Source of the DNA: an uncultured Candidatus Saccharibacteria bacterium
Lineage (GTDB): Bacteria > Patescibacteriota > Minisyncoccia > Phycocordibacterales > CALRHW01
Direction: 5' to 3'
NCBI GenBank assembly: GCA_964407105.1
Contig: CAYOUG010000004.1
Span: forward strand, 6,936-70,935
Length of the DNA: 64,000 nt
The notes under the pieces are model-generated. The model did no database searches and was not told the origin of the DNA. It was given only the letters and a program-made list of their open reading frames with translations. Shown piece by piece: positions 26,453-35,826 of this stretch; position 1 is the first letter of the stretch; each line of letters starts with the position of its first letter. The position numbers and the translations under genes are program-made.

Positions 26453-26848
26453 TTATTTTGGTAACTCACATTGAGTGATGCTCGACAATTCTGCAAGTGG
26501 CAATACACCCTCTTTTCTTGTACCGTCAGAAAATTCCCACGTTGGATATGTTTTTATGTTTTTATCCTTGCATACTTGTAATTGAGATTGACCATCTGGT
26601 GTAGAACATTCTGTGTAAGGAAGCGTTGACTGTGATTTACCAAACAAAGCTTTTTGCTCCCTACAATGTGGACACCAAAACGCACCGTAAAACACTGTCC
26701 CTTTATCCTTTAAACACTGAGCAAATTGATCAAATTCCCCTGATTTTCCTGGGGTTTTTATCAAAAAAATTGAAAAGCCTATAAGCAATAACACCACCAA
26801 AATCGTGATAATTGTTCCCTTATGTTTCATATGCGCCCAGTATATCAC
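26453..26848 (-). CDS. Membrane-anchored thioredoxin-fold thiol-disulfide oxidoreductase (DsbA/BdbA-like partner)
   Basis: 131 aa. N-terminal TM anchor then FYGAFWCPHCREQK (CxxC thioredoxin active site). Gene overlaps the DedA gene end and lies adjacent to the DsbB homolog. Confidence 0.72.
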   Translation of the reverse strand: MIYWAHMKHKGTIITILVVLLLIGFSIFLIKTPGKSGEFDQFAQCLKDKGTVFYGAFWCPHCREQKALFGKSQSTLPYTECSTPDGQSQLQVCKDKNIKTYPTWEFSDGTRKEGVLPLAELSSITQCELPK

Positions 26849-27483
26849 ATCGTTTTTCTTTTGTAGATTTTATATCCAATAAAAAATAAGACACAAATTA
26901 CAATGATTATAAAAATATCTTTCTCAATAGACGCAATGGTTTTAGCATATGTATAATAAAAAGCACCGACCTGCCAACCCACAAGCGCTAAAATAATAGC
27001 TCTAACAAAAGTACCGAGTATCGTAAATAAAATATATTTTTTCAAACCAAAACGAACAATTCCATACCAAGCAGAAATGGCAACGCTCGGAATTATTGGT
27101 ATAGCACGTAATGAAAAAAGTGCTAATTCATCTACTTTTCTTGTATCAAACTTTTTTTGAAGTTTTTCAATATCTGCCCAAGACAATCCCATCCATTTAC
27201 CCCATTTTTCTAACGCTGGTTTACCAAAATAATAAGCTATACCGTAAATAAATAAAGAACCGACTGTGATACCTATAGAAGCTGGTAATGCCACCACAAA
27301 AAAAAGTTTTAAAATAAGAGCAAGAGAAAAAGATCCTTTTAAAAATAAAAATCCGGAAAGTGTAATAACAAGGGCCGAAGGAATGGGAGCAATGACCTCT
27401 TCAATAACAGAAGCAAAAAAAACACCCCAACCACCAAGTGGTAAAAGCACATGCTCTATAAAATTAATTGCCAGATCAATCAT
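26845..27483 (-). CDS. DedA/VTT-domain family membrane protein
   Basis: 212 aa. EEVIAPIPSALVITLSGFLF matches the DedA motif (E..i.PiPg..ll...G). Confidence 0.7.
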   Translation of the reverse strand: MIDLAINFIEHVLLPLGGWGVFFASVIEEVIAPIPSALVITLSGFLFLKGSFSLALILKLFFVVALPASIGITVGSLFIYGIAYYFGKPALEKWGKWMGLSWADIEKLQKKFDTRKVDELALFSLRAIPIIPSVAISAWYGIVRFGLKKYILFTILGTFVRAIILALVGWQVGAFYYTYAKTIASIEKDIFIIIVICVLFFIGYKIYKRKTM

Positions 27484-27503
27484 AGATAAATAAGATCATA
27501 AGT

Positions 27504-30035
27504 TTAGTGATTTATCATTTTTTGCTTGTGTTCTTCTGTGTTTAAAAGACCACACTGTTTATATTTTTTTCCACTACCACAAGGACACTGGTCATTACGC
27601 CCAATTTTTTCTCCATTTTTATTTCTCAAAGAAATACTCGCTTCAGATTTAACGCGACTATCACCATCACCCCCACCAATAACCAAAGCTTGATCGTGTA
27701 TTTCTTTTAAATTTTCTGGTTCATTAAAATACATCTCAATGGCAATATTTGGCAAGATTTTTATAATCTCCTGTTCTATCGACATTTCCATATCTTTAAA
27801 AAGTCGAAGTCCTTCTTTTTTGTATTCTACCAATGGATCGCGTTGACCATAAGCACGCAAATTAACACTTGAACGCATATAATCCATAATTTCCAAATGA
27901 TCAATCCAAAACATATCTATTGTTTGAAGTACAACACGACGCACTACGTTTGCAAACGCATCATCGCTAAGATGTTTTGATTTTTCAATAAATAAATCCT
28001 TTTGTTTTTCATCATCAATATTTTCAGTGAGATCTTGAATATATTTTACAAGCTCATCTTTTGTACTAAAAAGCATATCTCGACGACGTTTGTAAACAAT
28101 TTTTCTCTGATGATTTAAAACGTCATCAAATTCAAGCACGTGTTTGCGTGCATCAAAATTAAAACCTTCTATTTTTGTTTGAGCTGATTCAAGTGAACGA
28201 GTAATGAGACTGTTTTGTATTGGTTCATCTTCTGGAATTCCAAAACGTCCCATCAATTTTTTTATTGTATCAGACGCAAAAATACGCATAAGTGAATCCT
28301 CAAGTGAAACAAAAAATTGTGTTTCTCCGGGATCACCCTGACGACCAGATCGCCCTCGAAGCTGATTGTCTATACGTCTAGCATCATGACGCTCGGTACC
28401 AAGAACAAAAAGACCGCCAAGTTTTTTTATCTCTTCAGACTCCTCTACTGTCGCTGGATTACCACCAAGCTTAATGTCCACTCCTCTGCCCGCCATGTTT
28501 GTAGCAATAGTTACCGCATTCTTTTTTCCAGCCTGTGAAATAATTTCTCCCTCCTTTTCGTGGTTTTTCGCATTAAGAAGCTGGTGAATAATTCCTTCCT
28601 GCGACAAATATTTTGAGAGAAGCTCGTTTTTATCAATAGATGCAGTACCTATAAGCACGGGGCGACCATTAGCATTAAGCTCTTTTACTTTTCTGGCCAC
28701 CGCCTTAAACTTTCCTTGTTCTGTTTGAAAAATAAAATCACCTCTATCTGTTCTTTGTGATGGTTTGTGTGTTGGCACAGCAATGGTCTGCAAACCATAA
28801 ACTTTATAAAACTCTTCGGCGGACGTCATAGCAGTACCGGTCATACCAGCAAGTTTTGTGTAAAGACGAAAATAATTTTGAAATGTTATAGACGCAAAAG
28901 TACGAGATTCTTTTTGAATACTTACACCCTCTTTTGCTTCTATGGCTTGATGTAAACCCTCAGACCATCGTCGTCCGGGCTGAAGTCGACCGGTAAATTC
29001 ATCGACGATCACCACCTCTCCGTCGCGTACCACATATTCTGTATCACGTACAAAAAGTGCTTTCGCACGCACGGCCGTTTCAAGATGGTGTACATATTTA
29101 ATACCTCGTTCTGTATAAATATTTTCAACTCCAAGAAGTTTTTCAGCAAAAGTAATACCTTCATCTGTAAGAGAAATGGCTCGCATTTTTTCATCCACAG
29201 TAAAATGAATATCTTTTTGCATTTTTTCTGCAATCCCAGAAAAAACAGTATATAAATTTTCAGAATTAGTTGTGGGTGAAGAAATAATAAGTGGAGTACG
29301 CGCTTCATCAATCAAAATTGAGTCAACTTCGTCGACTATTGCAAAGTTGTGCCCACGTTGTCGCAATTTTGCTGAATCATATTCAATATTGTCACGCAAA
29401 TAATCAAAACCAAATTCATTATTGGTACCATAAGTAATATCAGCTAAGTAAGCTTCTTTACGAGTTACTGGACGTAAAAATTCATATACAACCTTAAAAG
29501 AACCTTTCTCGTCACGCTCGGCATCAAGTTCTTTATGTGATGCATCATACAAAAAAGAACTTTCGTGATTGATAACACCCACGGTCAAACCAAGAAGTGA
29601 ATATATTTGTCCCATCCACGCGGCATCACGCCTTGAAAGATAATCATTAACCGTCACCACGTGCACACCCTTACTAGTAAGTGCATTCAAATATGTTGGA
29701 AGTGTTGCTACAAGTGTTTTTCCTTCACCTGTACGCATTTCTGTGCAACTACCACGATGAAGCATAATGCCTCCTATCATCTGAACGTCAAAATGGCGCT
29801 GGTTTAACGTTCTTTTTGCTGATTCACGCACCACAGCAAAAGCTTCTGGGAGAATATCTTCAAGTGTCTCTCCCTTTTCTAAACGTGCCTTAAATTCATC
29901 TGTTTTTGCTTTTAGTTGGTCGTTTGAAAGAGATAAGATACTGGCTTCAAAATCGTTAATTTGCGCCACTAAAGGAACGATTTTTTTAATCGCTTTGTCA
30001 TTTTGAGAGCCAAAAATTGTATCAACTAAAAACAT
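27504..30035 (-). CDS. secA: Preprotein translocase ATPase SecA
   Basis: 843 aa. DEAD-motor motifs (MRTGEGKTLVATLPTYLNAL; IVDEVDSILIDEARTPLIIS), preprotein cross-linking domain, helical scaffold and C-terminal zinc finger CPCGSGKKYKQCG. Confidence 0.96.
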   Translation of the reverse strand: MFLVDTIFGSQNDKAIKKIVPLVAQINDFEASILSLSNDQLKAKTDEFKARLEKGETLEDILPEAFAVVRESAKRTLNQRHFDVQMIGGIMLHRGSCTEMRTGEGKTLVATLPTYLNALTSKGVHVVTVNDYLSRRDAAWMGQIYSLLGLTVGVINHESSFLYDASHKELDAERDEKGSFKVVYEFLRPVTRKEAYLADITYGTNNEFGFDYLRDNIEYDSAKLRQRGHNFAIVDEVDSILIDEARTPLIISSPTTNSENLYTVFSGIAEKMQKDIHFTVDEKMRAISLTDEGITFAEKLLGVENIYTERGIKYVHHLETAVRAKALFVRDTEYVVRDGEVVIVDEFTGRLQPGRRWSEGLHQAIEAKEGVSIQKESRTFASITFQNYFRLYTKLAGMTGTAMTSAEEFYKVYGLQTIAVPTHKPSQRTDRGDFIFQTEQGKFKAVARKVKELNANGRPVLIGTASIDKNELLSKYLSQEGIIHQLLNAKNHEKEGEIISQAGKKNAVTIATNMAGRGVDIKLGGNPATVEESEEIKKLGGLFVLGTERHDARRIDNQLRGRSGRQGDPGETQFFVSLEDSLMRIFASDTIKKLMGRFGIPEDEPIQNSLITRSLESAQTKIEGFNFDARKHVLEFDDVLNHQRKIVYKRRRDMLFSTKDELVKYIQDLTENIDDEKQKDLFIEKSKHLSDDAFANVVRRVVLQTIDMFWIDHLEIMDYMRSSVNLRAYGQRDPLVEYKKEGLRLFKDMEMSIEQEIIKILPNIAIEMYFNEPENLKEIHDQALVIGGGDGDSRVKSEASISLRNKNGEKIGRNDQCPCGSGKKYKQCGLLNTEEHKQKMINH

Positions 30036-30059
30036 ATCTGTGGGCGTATTCTAACACAA

Positions 30060-30097
30060 AAAAACAATCTCCCAAAATGGAGAGATTGTTTTTTATA
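30060..30097 (-). terminator. Intrinsic terminator (bidirectional hairpin) upstream of secA, after a small ORF
   Basis: aaaaacaatctccc-aaaatg-ggagagattgtttttt hairpin flanked by runs, immediately after the stop (30101) of the small basic ORF on the minus strand. Confidence 0.6.
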
Positions 30098-30100
30098 TTA

Positions 30101-30190
30101 CTATCGTCGGCGAGAAGCTTTTCGTTTTGTTGTCTTCTTCGCTTTTTTTGTAGTTCGTTTCTTAGTAGATTTTCGTTTTTTTGCAGCCAT
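30101..30190 (-). CDS. Tiny Lys/Arg-rich ORF (29 aa, MAAKKRKSTKKRTTKKAKKTTKRKASRRR)
   Basis: ATG at 30190 (minus), stop at 30101-30103, immediately followed by a terminator hairpin. 22 of 29 residues are K/R. Not in the supplied ORF track (below the size cutoff). Confidence 0.3.
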   Translation of the reverse strand: MAAKKRKSTKKRTTKKAKKTTKRKASRRR

Positions 30191-30352
30191 AGTATTTTTT
30201 TAATTTTTAAAGTGACTTTGTACAACGACCTTTCTCTTACTGACAAAGATTACATATTCATTATCATACAAATATTTTTCAAACACAATAATTTTTTACA
30301 CACATGTGTGGATAACAAATTATTTTATTTTTTTATTAATAAAAAAATAAAA

Positions 30353-31384
30353 TTAAAAACCAAGCATTACAACTTCAGTCTCAAGATTAATGTGTGTATT
30401 TTTTTTCACACAAGCGCGCATTGATTCAGCGAGTTCTAAAATTTCCTGTGCTGTTCCATTACTAAAATTTATTAATACAAGGGGTTGGTGTTCATAAACA
30501 CCCACATTACCCGCACGATATCCTTTATATTTACATACATAATCAAGAATCCATGCAGCAGGAATTTTTTTCTTTCCATCTTGAGTATCAAAAGAAGGCA
30601 TCGTGGGAAACATACCTTTCAACATGTCATGATGATCTGTAGAAATAATTGGATTTTTAAAAAATGAACCAGCTGTACCAAATATCGAAAGATCTGGAAG
30701 TTTTGATTTACGTATAGCAAGCACAGCTTCACGTACTTCTTTGGTTGATGGATTTAATTTGTTATTTTGTGCAAAAAAATCTTTTAAATCTTTATAAGAA
30801 ATATCAGATACACCACCTAAAGAAAGAATGAAAGCGACACGTGTAATAATATATTTTTTTCCTTCATTTTGTTTAAAAATACTGTCTCTATATCCAAATT
30901 TACAATCTTGCGCTTGAAAAATTTTAAAAATCATTGATTCTGTGTCAAAAACCTCAACCCAAGAAAACATATCTTTTATTTCTTTTCCATAAGCGCCAAT
31001 ATTTTGCACAGGCGAAGCTCCCACTGTGCCAGGAATACCAGATAAATTTTCAAAACCAAATAAACCACGTTCAACACTAAGCGCTACCACATCATCCCAA
31101 CGCTCACCAGCACCCACAACAACCTCCACACACCCACCAGAAATAGTGTTCCATTCTACTCCCCTAATTTCCATTTTAAACACAGCCCCAGCAAAACCAT
31201 CGTCTGAAACAAGAATATTTGATCCTTCTCCAAGTACAAACCAAGGAAGTTTTTTTTCACAAACAAAAGTAACGGCTTCAGTAAGTTGGTCTTTAGATTG
31301 AATTGGAATAAAATACTGAGCCTTACCACCAATACGAAATGTAGTATAAAAAGAAAGAGGAACCTGTAACTGCAACGACTTCAT
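30353..31384 (-). CDS. murB: UDP-N-acetylenolpyruvoylglucosamine reductase MurB
   Basis: 343 aa. FAD-binding N-terminal motifs FRIGGKAQYF and LGEGSNILVSDDGFAGAVFKM, and the MurB C-terminal domain. Confidence 0.9.
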   Translation of the reverse strand: MKSLQLQVPLSFYTTFRIGGKAQYFIPIQSKDQLTEAVTFVCEKKLPWFVLGEGSNILVSDDGFAGAVFKMEIRGVEWNTISGGCVEVVVGAGERWDDVVALSVERGLFGFENLSGIPGTVGASPVQNIGAYGKEIKDMFSWVEVFDTESMIFKIFQAQDCKFGYRDSIFKQNEGKKYIITRVAFILSLGGVSDISYKDLKDFFAQNNKLNPSTKEVREAVLAIRKSKLPDLSIFGTAGSFFKNPIISTDHHDMLKGMFPTMPSFDTQDGKKKIPAAWILDYVCKYKGYRAGNVGVYEHQPLVLINFSNGTAQEILELAESMRACVKKNTHINLETEVVMLGF

Positions 31385-31399
31385 ATAGAATCGTATTAC

Positions 31400-31620
31400 A
31401 TCAAATCACGGCCGGCGGTGCAAACTCCAAAACAAATGTCTATGTGAGCGCAATCGCCGGCCACGGCTTGATACAATACGTTCTATTATTATATTGCCAG
31501 ATCAACATAAACGCAAAACCCCACACGAGGTGGGGGCTTACGTAGACATTTGTTTGTTTTGGCGCAAGCACATGCTCACGCTCACAAACACAACATTATC
31601 AGTTATTGCAACAAAAGTCA
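31400..31620 (-). other. GC-rich structured leader/intergenic element upstream of murB (candidate cis-regulatory RNA or small ncRNA)
   Basis: Local GC spike in AT-rich DNA. Nested inverted repeats: ggccggcg/cgccggcc (31409-31456), cccaca-cgag-gtggg (31527-31542), caaatgtcta(31427-31436)/tagacatttg(31548-31557), gtgagcg(31439-31445)/cgctcac(31580-31592). The swapped arm order suggests mutually exclusive helices. Confidence 0.3.
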
Positions 31621-31644
31621 AATAAACGCTGTGTATTGTTTTTG

Positions 31645-33843
31645 CTATGGATTTCTGCCAGCTTTTATTTCTTTGATGTAAAACTCTCCCTGCTCTTTAA
31701 ATTTTACTGGATCAAGAGCAATAAAATCTTCCAAAGTTTTTATCGCTAAGTCGCGCTGTCCCGCCTCAATGTATCCCGCCGCAAGTGACAATCTATACTG
31801 CGGATTAACCGGATTAATTTCAACACGCTTCTTAAGCATTCCGATCATTGTGTCAAATTGTTTTGTTTGTAAAAACAACATAATAGCCTGATCGTTGAAA
31901 ATTAAGGTGTTTGGATCAATGGTAGCAAATAGTTCTTTAGTAAGTGGTATATTGCCATTTTCAAACGCAGACAACGTATACAACAAACGAACCTGTACAA
32001 ATGTTGGATCTAAATCAAACGCTTCTTTCAAAATAGCGAAAGCTTCAGGAAACTTTTTTTGAATTCTGTATACTTCCGCAATTTCAATCAAAATCGATTG
32101 TTTTTTAGGGCTTAGTTTGTTTGCCTCTTTCAAATACTTAAGTGCGTCATCAAACGCACCATAACGTGATAAAAGAGAACCTAGGAAAAGAGCGTAGCGT
32201 GCATCTGGCTCTGGATTTTCATCAATCTGTTTTTTCATTTCCATACTTGCAGCCTCAAACGCTTTCATACGAATATCTTGTGGAACATCTGGTAAATTTA
32301 TACGTTGTGAAAGAAGTACGAGTTGTTCTCGAGCTTCCGCTTTTCCAAATGTGTTATAACCAATAGATCTTTTAAGTGATTCTACATTTTTAAGATAATC
32401 CTTACTACCGTTTGCCTCTGCAGCAAGACCGTCAAGAATTGCCATGTTTGCCTTCATTGGTTTAACGTTTACAAAATACAAAGTACAAAGAGTCGCTAAA
32501 CTCACAAACACAATGATGCTTTGAAAAACTACGGGCGCAACAAGTGGTTTTTGAGATATTAGAGTAGGAGCATCTGACGGTGTTCGTATAGCATAAACAT
32601 ATGCTACAAGTATCATAAAAAGAATATAACTTGTGAGATTATCGAACACAAAAAGATTTTGGAAAAAATAAGCAGAAATTAAACCAGTAAGAAGAGCTTT
32701 GTCTGTAACAGAAAACAATCCTCCACGACCACGCCAAATGTAATAAAGTAATGCGATAAAAATAGAGAGATAAGAAATAAGTCCCAATAATCCTCCAGCA
32801 ATAAGCCAATCTAGTATTACGTTGTGTGTGCGATCAAACCATTGTTCTTGACCCCACATAAGCGGATCATAATTTTTATTAAAAACATAATTAAAATTTT
32901 CCTGACCCCAACCAAGTATTGGTCTTTCTTTAAAACCCTTAATAGCCATTGGCCATATGTAATAACGTCCCTGACTTTTCAAGAAATTTTCAGACAAAGA
33001 AATTTGGGCAAAACGAAGCATGGTTGGACTTTTTTGTACAAAAGCAGTGTCTTTTATAAGAAAAAACGTAAAAATAACCACAACAATCAAACCAATACCA
33101 CCAAATGCAATTTTTCTAAAAACTTTTCTCTCTCGTTCAAAGATGGCTACAAGTATGGTAGCGATACAAAGACCACCAATAAGTCCAAGGAGCGCACCTC
33201 TTGTTTGTGTAAAATACAATAAATAAAGCTGAAGTGCGATACTTAGTCCATAAAGTATTCTTTCGTAAATTTTTCCTGAACGTGCAAGTAAAAACAGTGC
33301 AATAAATATGTGTATCATCAAATAAGCAGCAAAATATGTAGCATTACCAAGTGTTGCATCCAAACGATCAATGCTTTGATGAACCGCTGTTTTACCAAAT
33401 ATTTGTGGTAGACCATAAAACAAACACAAAATAGTATTTGCACCCAAAGCAATATTAAAAAAATAATGCCATAGTTTTTCTGTAGAAATTATCGTTCCGA
33501 GCATCAAGAAATATACGTATAGATGAAGTAGTGTTACCAAACCTTCCATGCGTTCATAGTTACTCCAAAAACTTCTATAAAAATTAACACCGAAAAAATC
33601 TGCGATTGCAATAACTACAACAAAAATACCAAAACTATAAAGTAACCATGATTTCTTGGGTCGATAAGAAACATCTATGAGTGCAAGCAGAATCCACAAA
33701 GCAAAAGCTAGCTCAATAATAATTTTAAAGACAAAACCTTTGGCAGTTATAAATGGAAAGAAAAACTGATTTAGTACTATAAACGGCACAAACAGTGTTG
33801 CACACAAACCGCACAAGATACTGATTTTAAGAACTTTGGTCAT
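31645..33843 (-). CDS. Polytopic membrane protein with O-antigen-ligase/Wzy_C-like core fused to C-terminal TPR repeats (paralog of 5345-7777)
   Basis: 732 aa. About 12 TM helices, then about 270 aa of TPR-like repeats (AEVYRIQKKFPEAFAILKEAFDLDP; AAGYIEAGQRDLAIKTLEDFIALDP). Same architecture as 5345-7777. Confidence 0.6.
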   Translation of the reverse strand: MTKVLKISILCGLCATLFVPFIVLNQFFFPFITAKGFVFKIIIELAFALWILLALIDVSYRPKKSWLLYSFGIFVVVIAIADFFGVNFYRSFWSNYERMEGLVTLLHLYVYFLMLGTIISTEKLWHYFFNIALGANTILCLFYGLPQIFGKTAVHQSIDRLDATLGNATYFAAYLMIHIFIALFLLARSGKIYERILYGLSIALQLYLLYFTQTRGALLGLIGGLCIATILVAIFERERKVFRKIAFGGIGLIVVVIFTFFLIKDTAFVQKSPTMLRFAQISLSENFLKSQGRYYIWPMAIKGFKERPILGWGQENFNYVFNKNYDPLMWGQEQWFDRTHNVILDWLIAGGLLGLISYLSIFIALLYYIWRGRGGLFSVTDKALLTGLISAYFFQNLFVFDNLTSYILFMILVAYVYAIRTPSDAPTLISQKPLVAPVVFQSIIVFVSLATLCTLYFVNVKPMKANMAILDGLAAEANGSKDYLKNVESLKRSIGYNTFGKAEAREQLVLLSQRINLPDVPQDIRMKAFEAASMEMKKQIDENPEPDARYALFLGSLLSRYGAFDDALKYLKEANKLSPKKQSILIEIAEVYRIQKKFPEAFAILKEAFDLDPTFVQVRLLYTLSAFENGNIPLTKELFATIDPNTLIFNDQAIMLFLQTKQFDTMIGMLKKRVEINPVNPQYRLSLAAGYIEAGQRDLAIKTLEDFIALDPVKFKEQGEFYIKEIKAGRNP

Positions 33844-33919
33844 ATTCTGAATTTTAGTTTGTTAATAATGACAAATTAATGACTAAATAACTATAACCCA
33901 CAATCAACCTAATGGAAAA

Positions 33920-35815
33920 TCACAGGGATTGTATTTTTGTGACCAATGAATCACAGTCAAAACCGTAGTACGCGAGTGTTTCGTGGTTTAAACCACAAAC
34001 AGGTACCTCTGTTAAACCAAAAGAAATTACTGTTGGAAAATCTTTCTTTTGCGCACACTTAGCAGAAAAAACGTTGCCCTGACCAAATAAAACATAATGA
34101 TTATCAAATGTGACAATTTTTTTATATTTTGCAAGATTTTTTTCAAACCAATTATCATTTAATTTATTGAGCCAAGGAAAATTAAACACAGCAACAGAAA
34201 CGCCTTTTTGTTCAAGTTTTGTAGCAGCTTTGTATATTTCTGAAAGCATAATTGGCCCATAGGAAATAATCGCAAGATCTTTTCCCTCTTTTAAACAAGT
34301 TCCCTCTCCCTCTTCAAATCGAGCTTCTGGTGGTAACCTAAAGGGTATATCGTATGGTATAGAAACCAATCTTATATAAGTACTATTTTTATTTTTTTCA
34401 ACTGCCCAACGTATAGCTTTTCTGGTTTCTTCTTCATTACAAGGCTCAATTAAAGTAAGTTTGGGAATTGAACCGAGACATGAAATATCTCGGACAGATT
34501 GGTGAGAATGCCCTGGACCAGAAGGCAACATTCCAGCCAAAGAACCCACATAAATGATTTTTGTCTGTTCTGTAGCGTTGTTATAAATTTGTTCATTTGG
34601 ACGAGTAGAAAGAAAACAAGCAAACGAGTGAACCACCGGAAGCATATTTTTTATTGCAAATCCACCAGCTTGAGATACCATGTCTTGCTCGGCAATACCA
34701 CACTCTACAAATCTTTCAGGAAATTTATTTTTAAATGGAATAAGTCCGGTATCAAGCACAAGATCAGCATCTAAAGCAACAATATCTTTTCTTTCTTCAG
34801 CTATTTTCAAAAGTTCATCACCGTATGCAGAAACTAATTTTTCTGGATTTGATGCAGTTATTTTTACAGGTCGTTCTACTTCTTCTATTACAAGAGTCGG
34901 TAATGAGTAATCTAAAAAATATTTTTGTATTCTTTGAATAATTTCTTCAATTCCTTTTTTGTACAATTCCACACTTGGTGCACCACTATGAAATTTGTAA
35001 TATCCGTCATCAGACATAAGTTCCATAAAAGAAACACCCGCTCCTTTCTTTGTATCAGCAATAATAATCTGTGGGCGGTCTTTTATTGTTTTTGAATAAG
35101 CAATACTGTCTCTTATAGATTCAAAAGAATGTCCATCACATTTAGATACAGCCCAACCAAATGATGCAAATTTCTTTTCAAGATCACCCAGATCACTTAC
35201 TGATTCTACATAAGTGTCTGATTGAATTTTGTTATGATCAACAATAACAGTTATTTCAAAAAGTTTTTCGTTTGCCGCTTGCTGAAGAGATTCCCAAATC
35301 TGACCCTCCTGAAGTTCTCCATCACCAGTCAAAACAAAAAACCTGCCTTCTTTACCATTTAAACGATTTGCCTTCAACATCCCCTTTGCTTTTGAAATAC
35401 CCATTCCTAGTGGTCCGGTATTTGTAATTAAAAATGGAATTGTAATGTCTGGGTGGCCTGGTAAACCACCAAGTCGTCTTAATTGTTTTAAATATGTACT
35501 ATCAAGTTTTCCTAGACCAATCAATAAAGAATACAAACCCGGAACATCATGTCCTTTTGAAGAAAAATATGTATCAGAATTGTTTTCCTTTCCGTTTGGA
35601 TTATTTAATTCTTCTGTCCAAAGCCAAGTAATAATATCCATTGCGCTAAAACTTGATCCAATATGACCAGATCCAGCGTACATGATCATGGAAAGGGTGT
35701 TGAATCTAAAAATATCAGATAAGATACTTGCTCTTTTTATTGGATCAGACACACCAGCAATCACTTTCTGAGTTTCTGATGGCGGAATAAAACAAATATT
35801 TTTTTCTAAATTCAT
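33920..35815 (-). CDS. Transketolase-family thiamine-diphosphate-dependent enzyme (full-length, N-terminal TPP domain plus Pyr domain plus C-terminal domain)
   Basis: 631 aa. MYAGSGHIGSSFSAMDI (cf. transketolase GSGHpG...s..di), GDGELQEGQIWE (TPP-binding GDG...EG motif), central Pyr domain (FIECGIAEQDMVSQAGGFA). Confidence 0.7.
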   Translation of the reverse strand: MNLEKNICFIPPSETQKVIAGVSDPIKRASILSDIFRFNTLSMIMYAGSGHIGSSFSAMDIITWLWTEELNNPNGKENNSDTYFSSKGHDVPGLYSLLIGLGKLDSTYLKQLRRLGGLPGHPDITIPFLITNTGPLGMGISKAKGMLKANRLNGKEGRFFVLTGDGELQEGQIWESLQQAANEKLFEITVIVDHNKIQSDTYVESVSDLGDLEKKFASFGWAVSKCDGHSFESIRDSIAYSKTIKDRPQIIIADTKKGAGVSFMELMSDDGYYKFHSGAPSVELYKKGIEEIIQRIQKYFLDYSLPTLVIEEVERPVKITASNPEKLVSAYGDELLKIAEERKDIVALDADLVLDTGLIPFKNKFPERFVECGIAEQDMVSQAGGFAIKNMLPVVHSFACFLSTRPNEQIYNNATEQTKIIYVGSLAGMLPSGPGHSHQSVRDISCLGSIPKLTLIEPCNEEETRKAIRWAVEKNKNSTYIRLVSIPYDIPFRLPPEARFEEGEGTCLKEGKDLAIISYGPIMLSEIYKAATKLEQKGVSVAVFNFPWLNKLNDNWFEKNLAKYKKIVTFDNHYVLFGQGNVFSAKCAQKKDFPTVISFGLTEVPVCGLNHETLAYYGFDCDSLVTKIQSL

Positions 35816-35826
35816 ATGTTTATTTT

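Noticed and set aside
30017-30424. ORF 30017-30424 (+, 135 aa) and ORF 30022-30246 (-, 74 aa) in the secA-murB spacer
   Set aside because: Both read straight through the terminator hairpin and AT-rich promoter DNA, have low-complexity composition, and the + ORF overlaps the murB 3' end. The 29-aa basic micro-ORF plus terminator is a more parsimonious reading.
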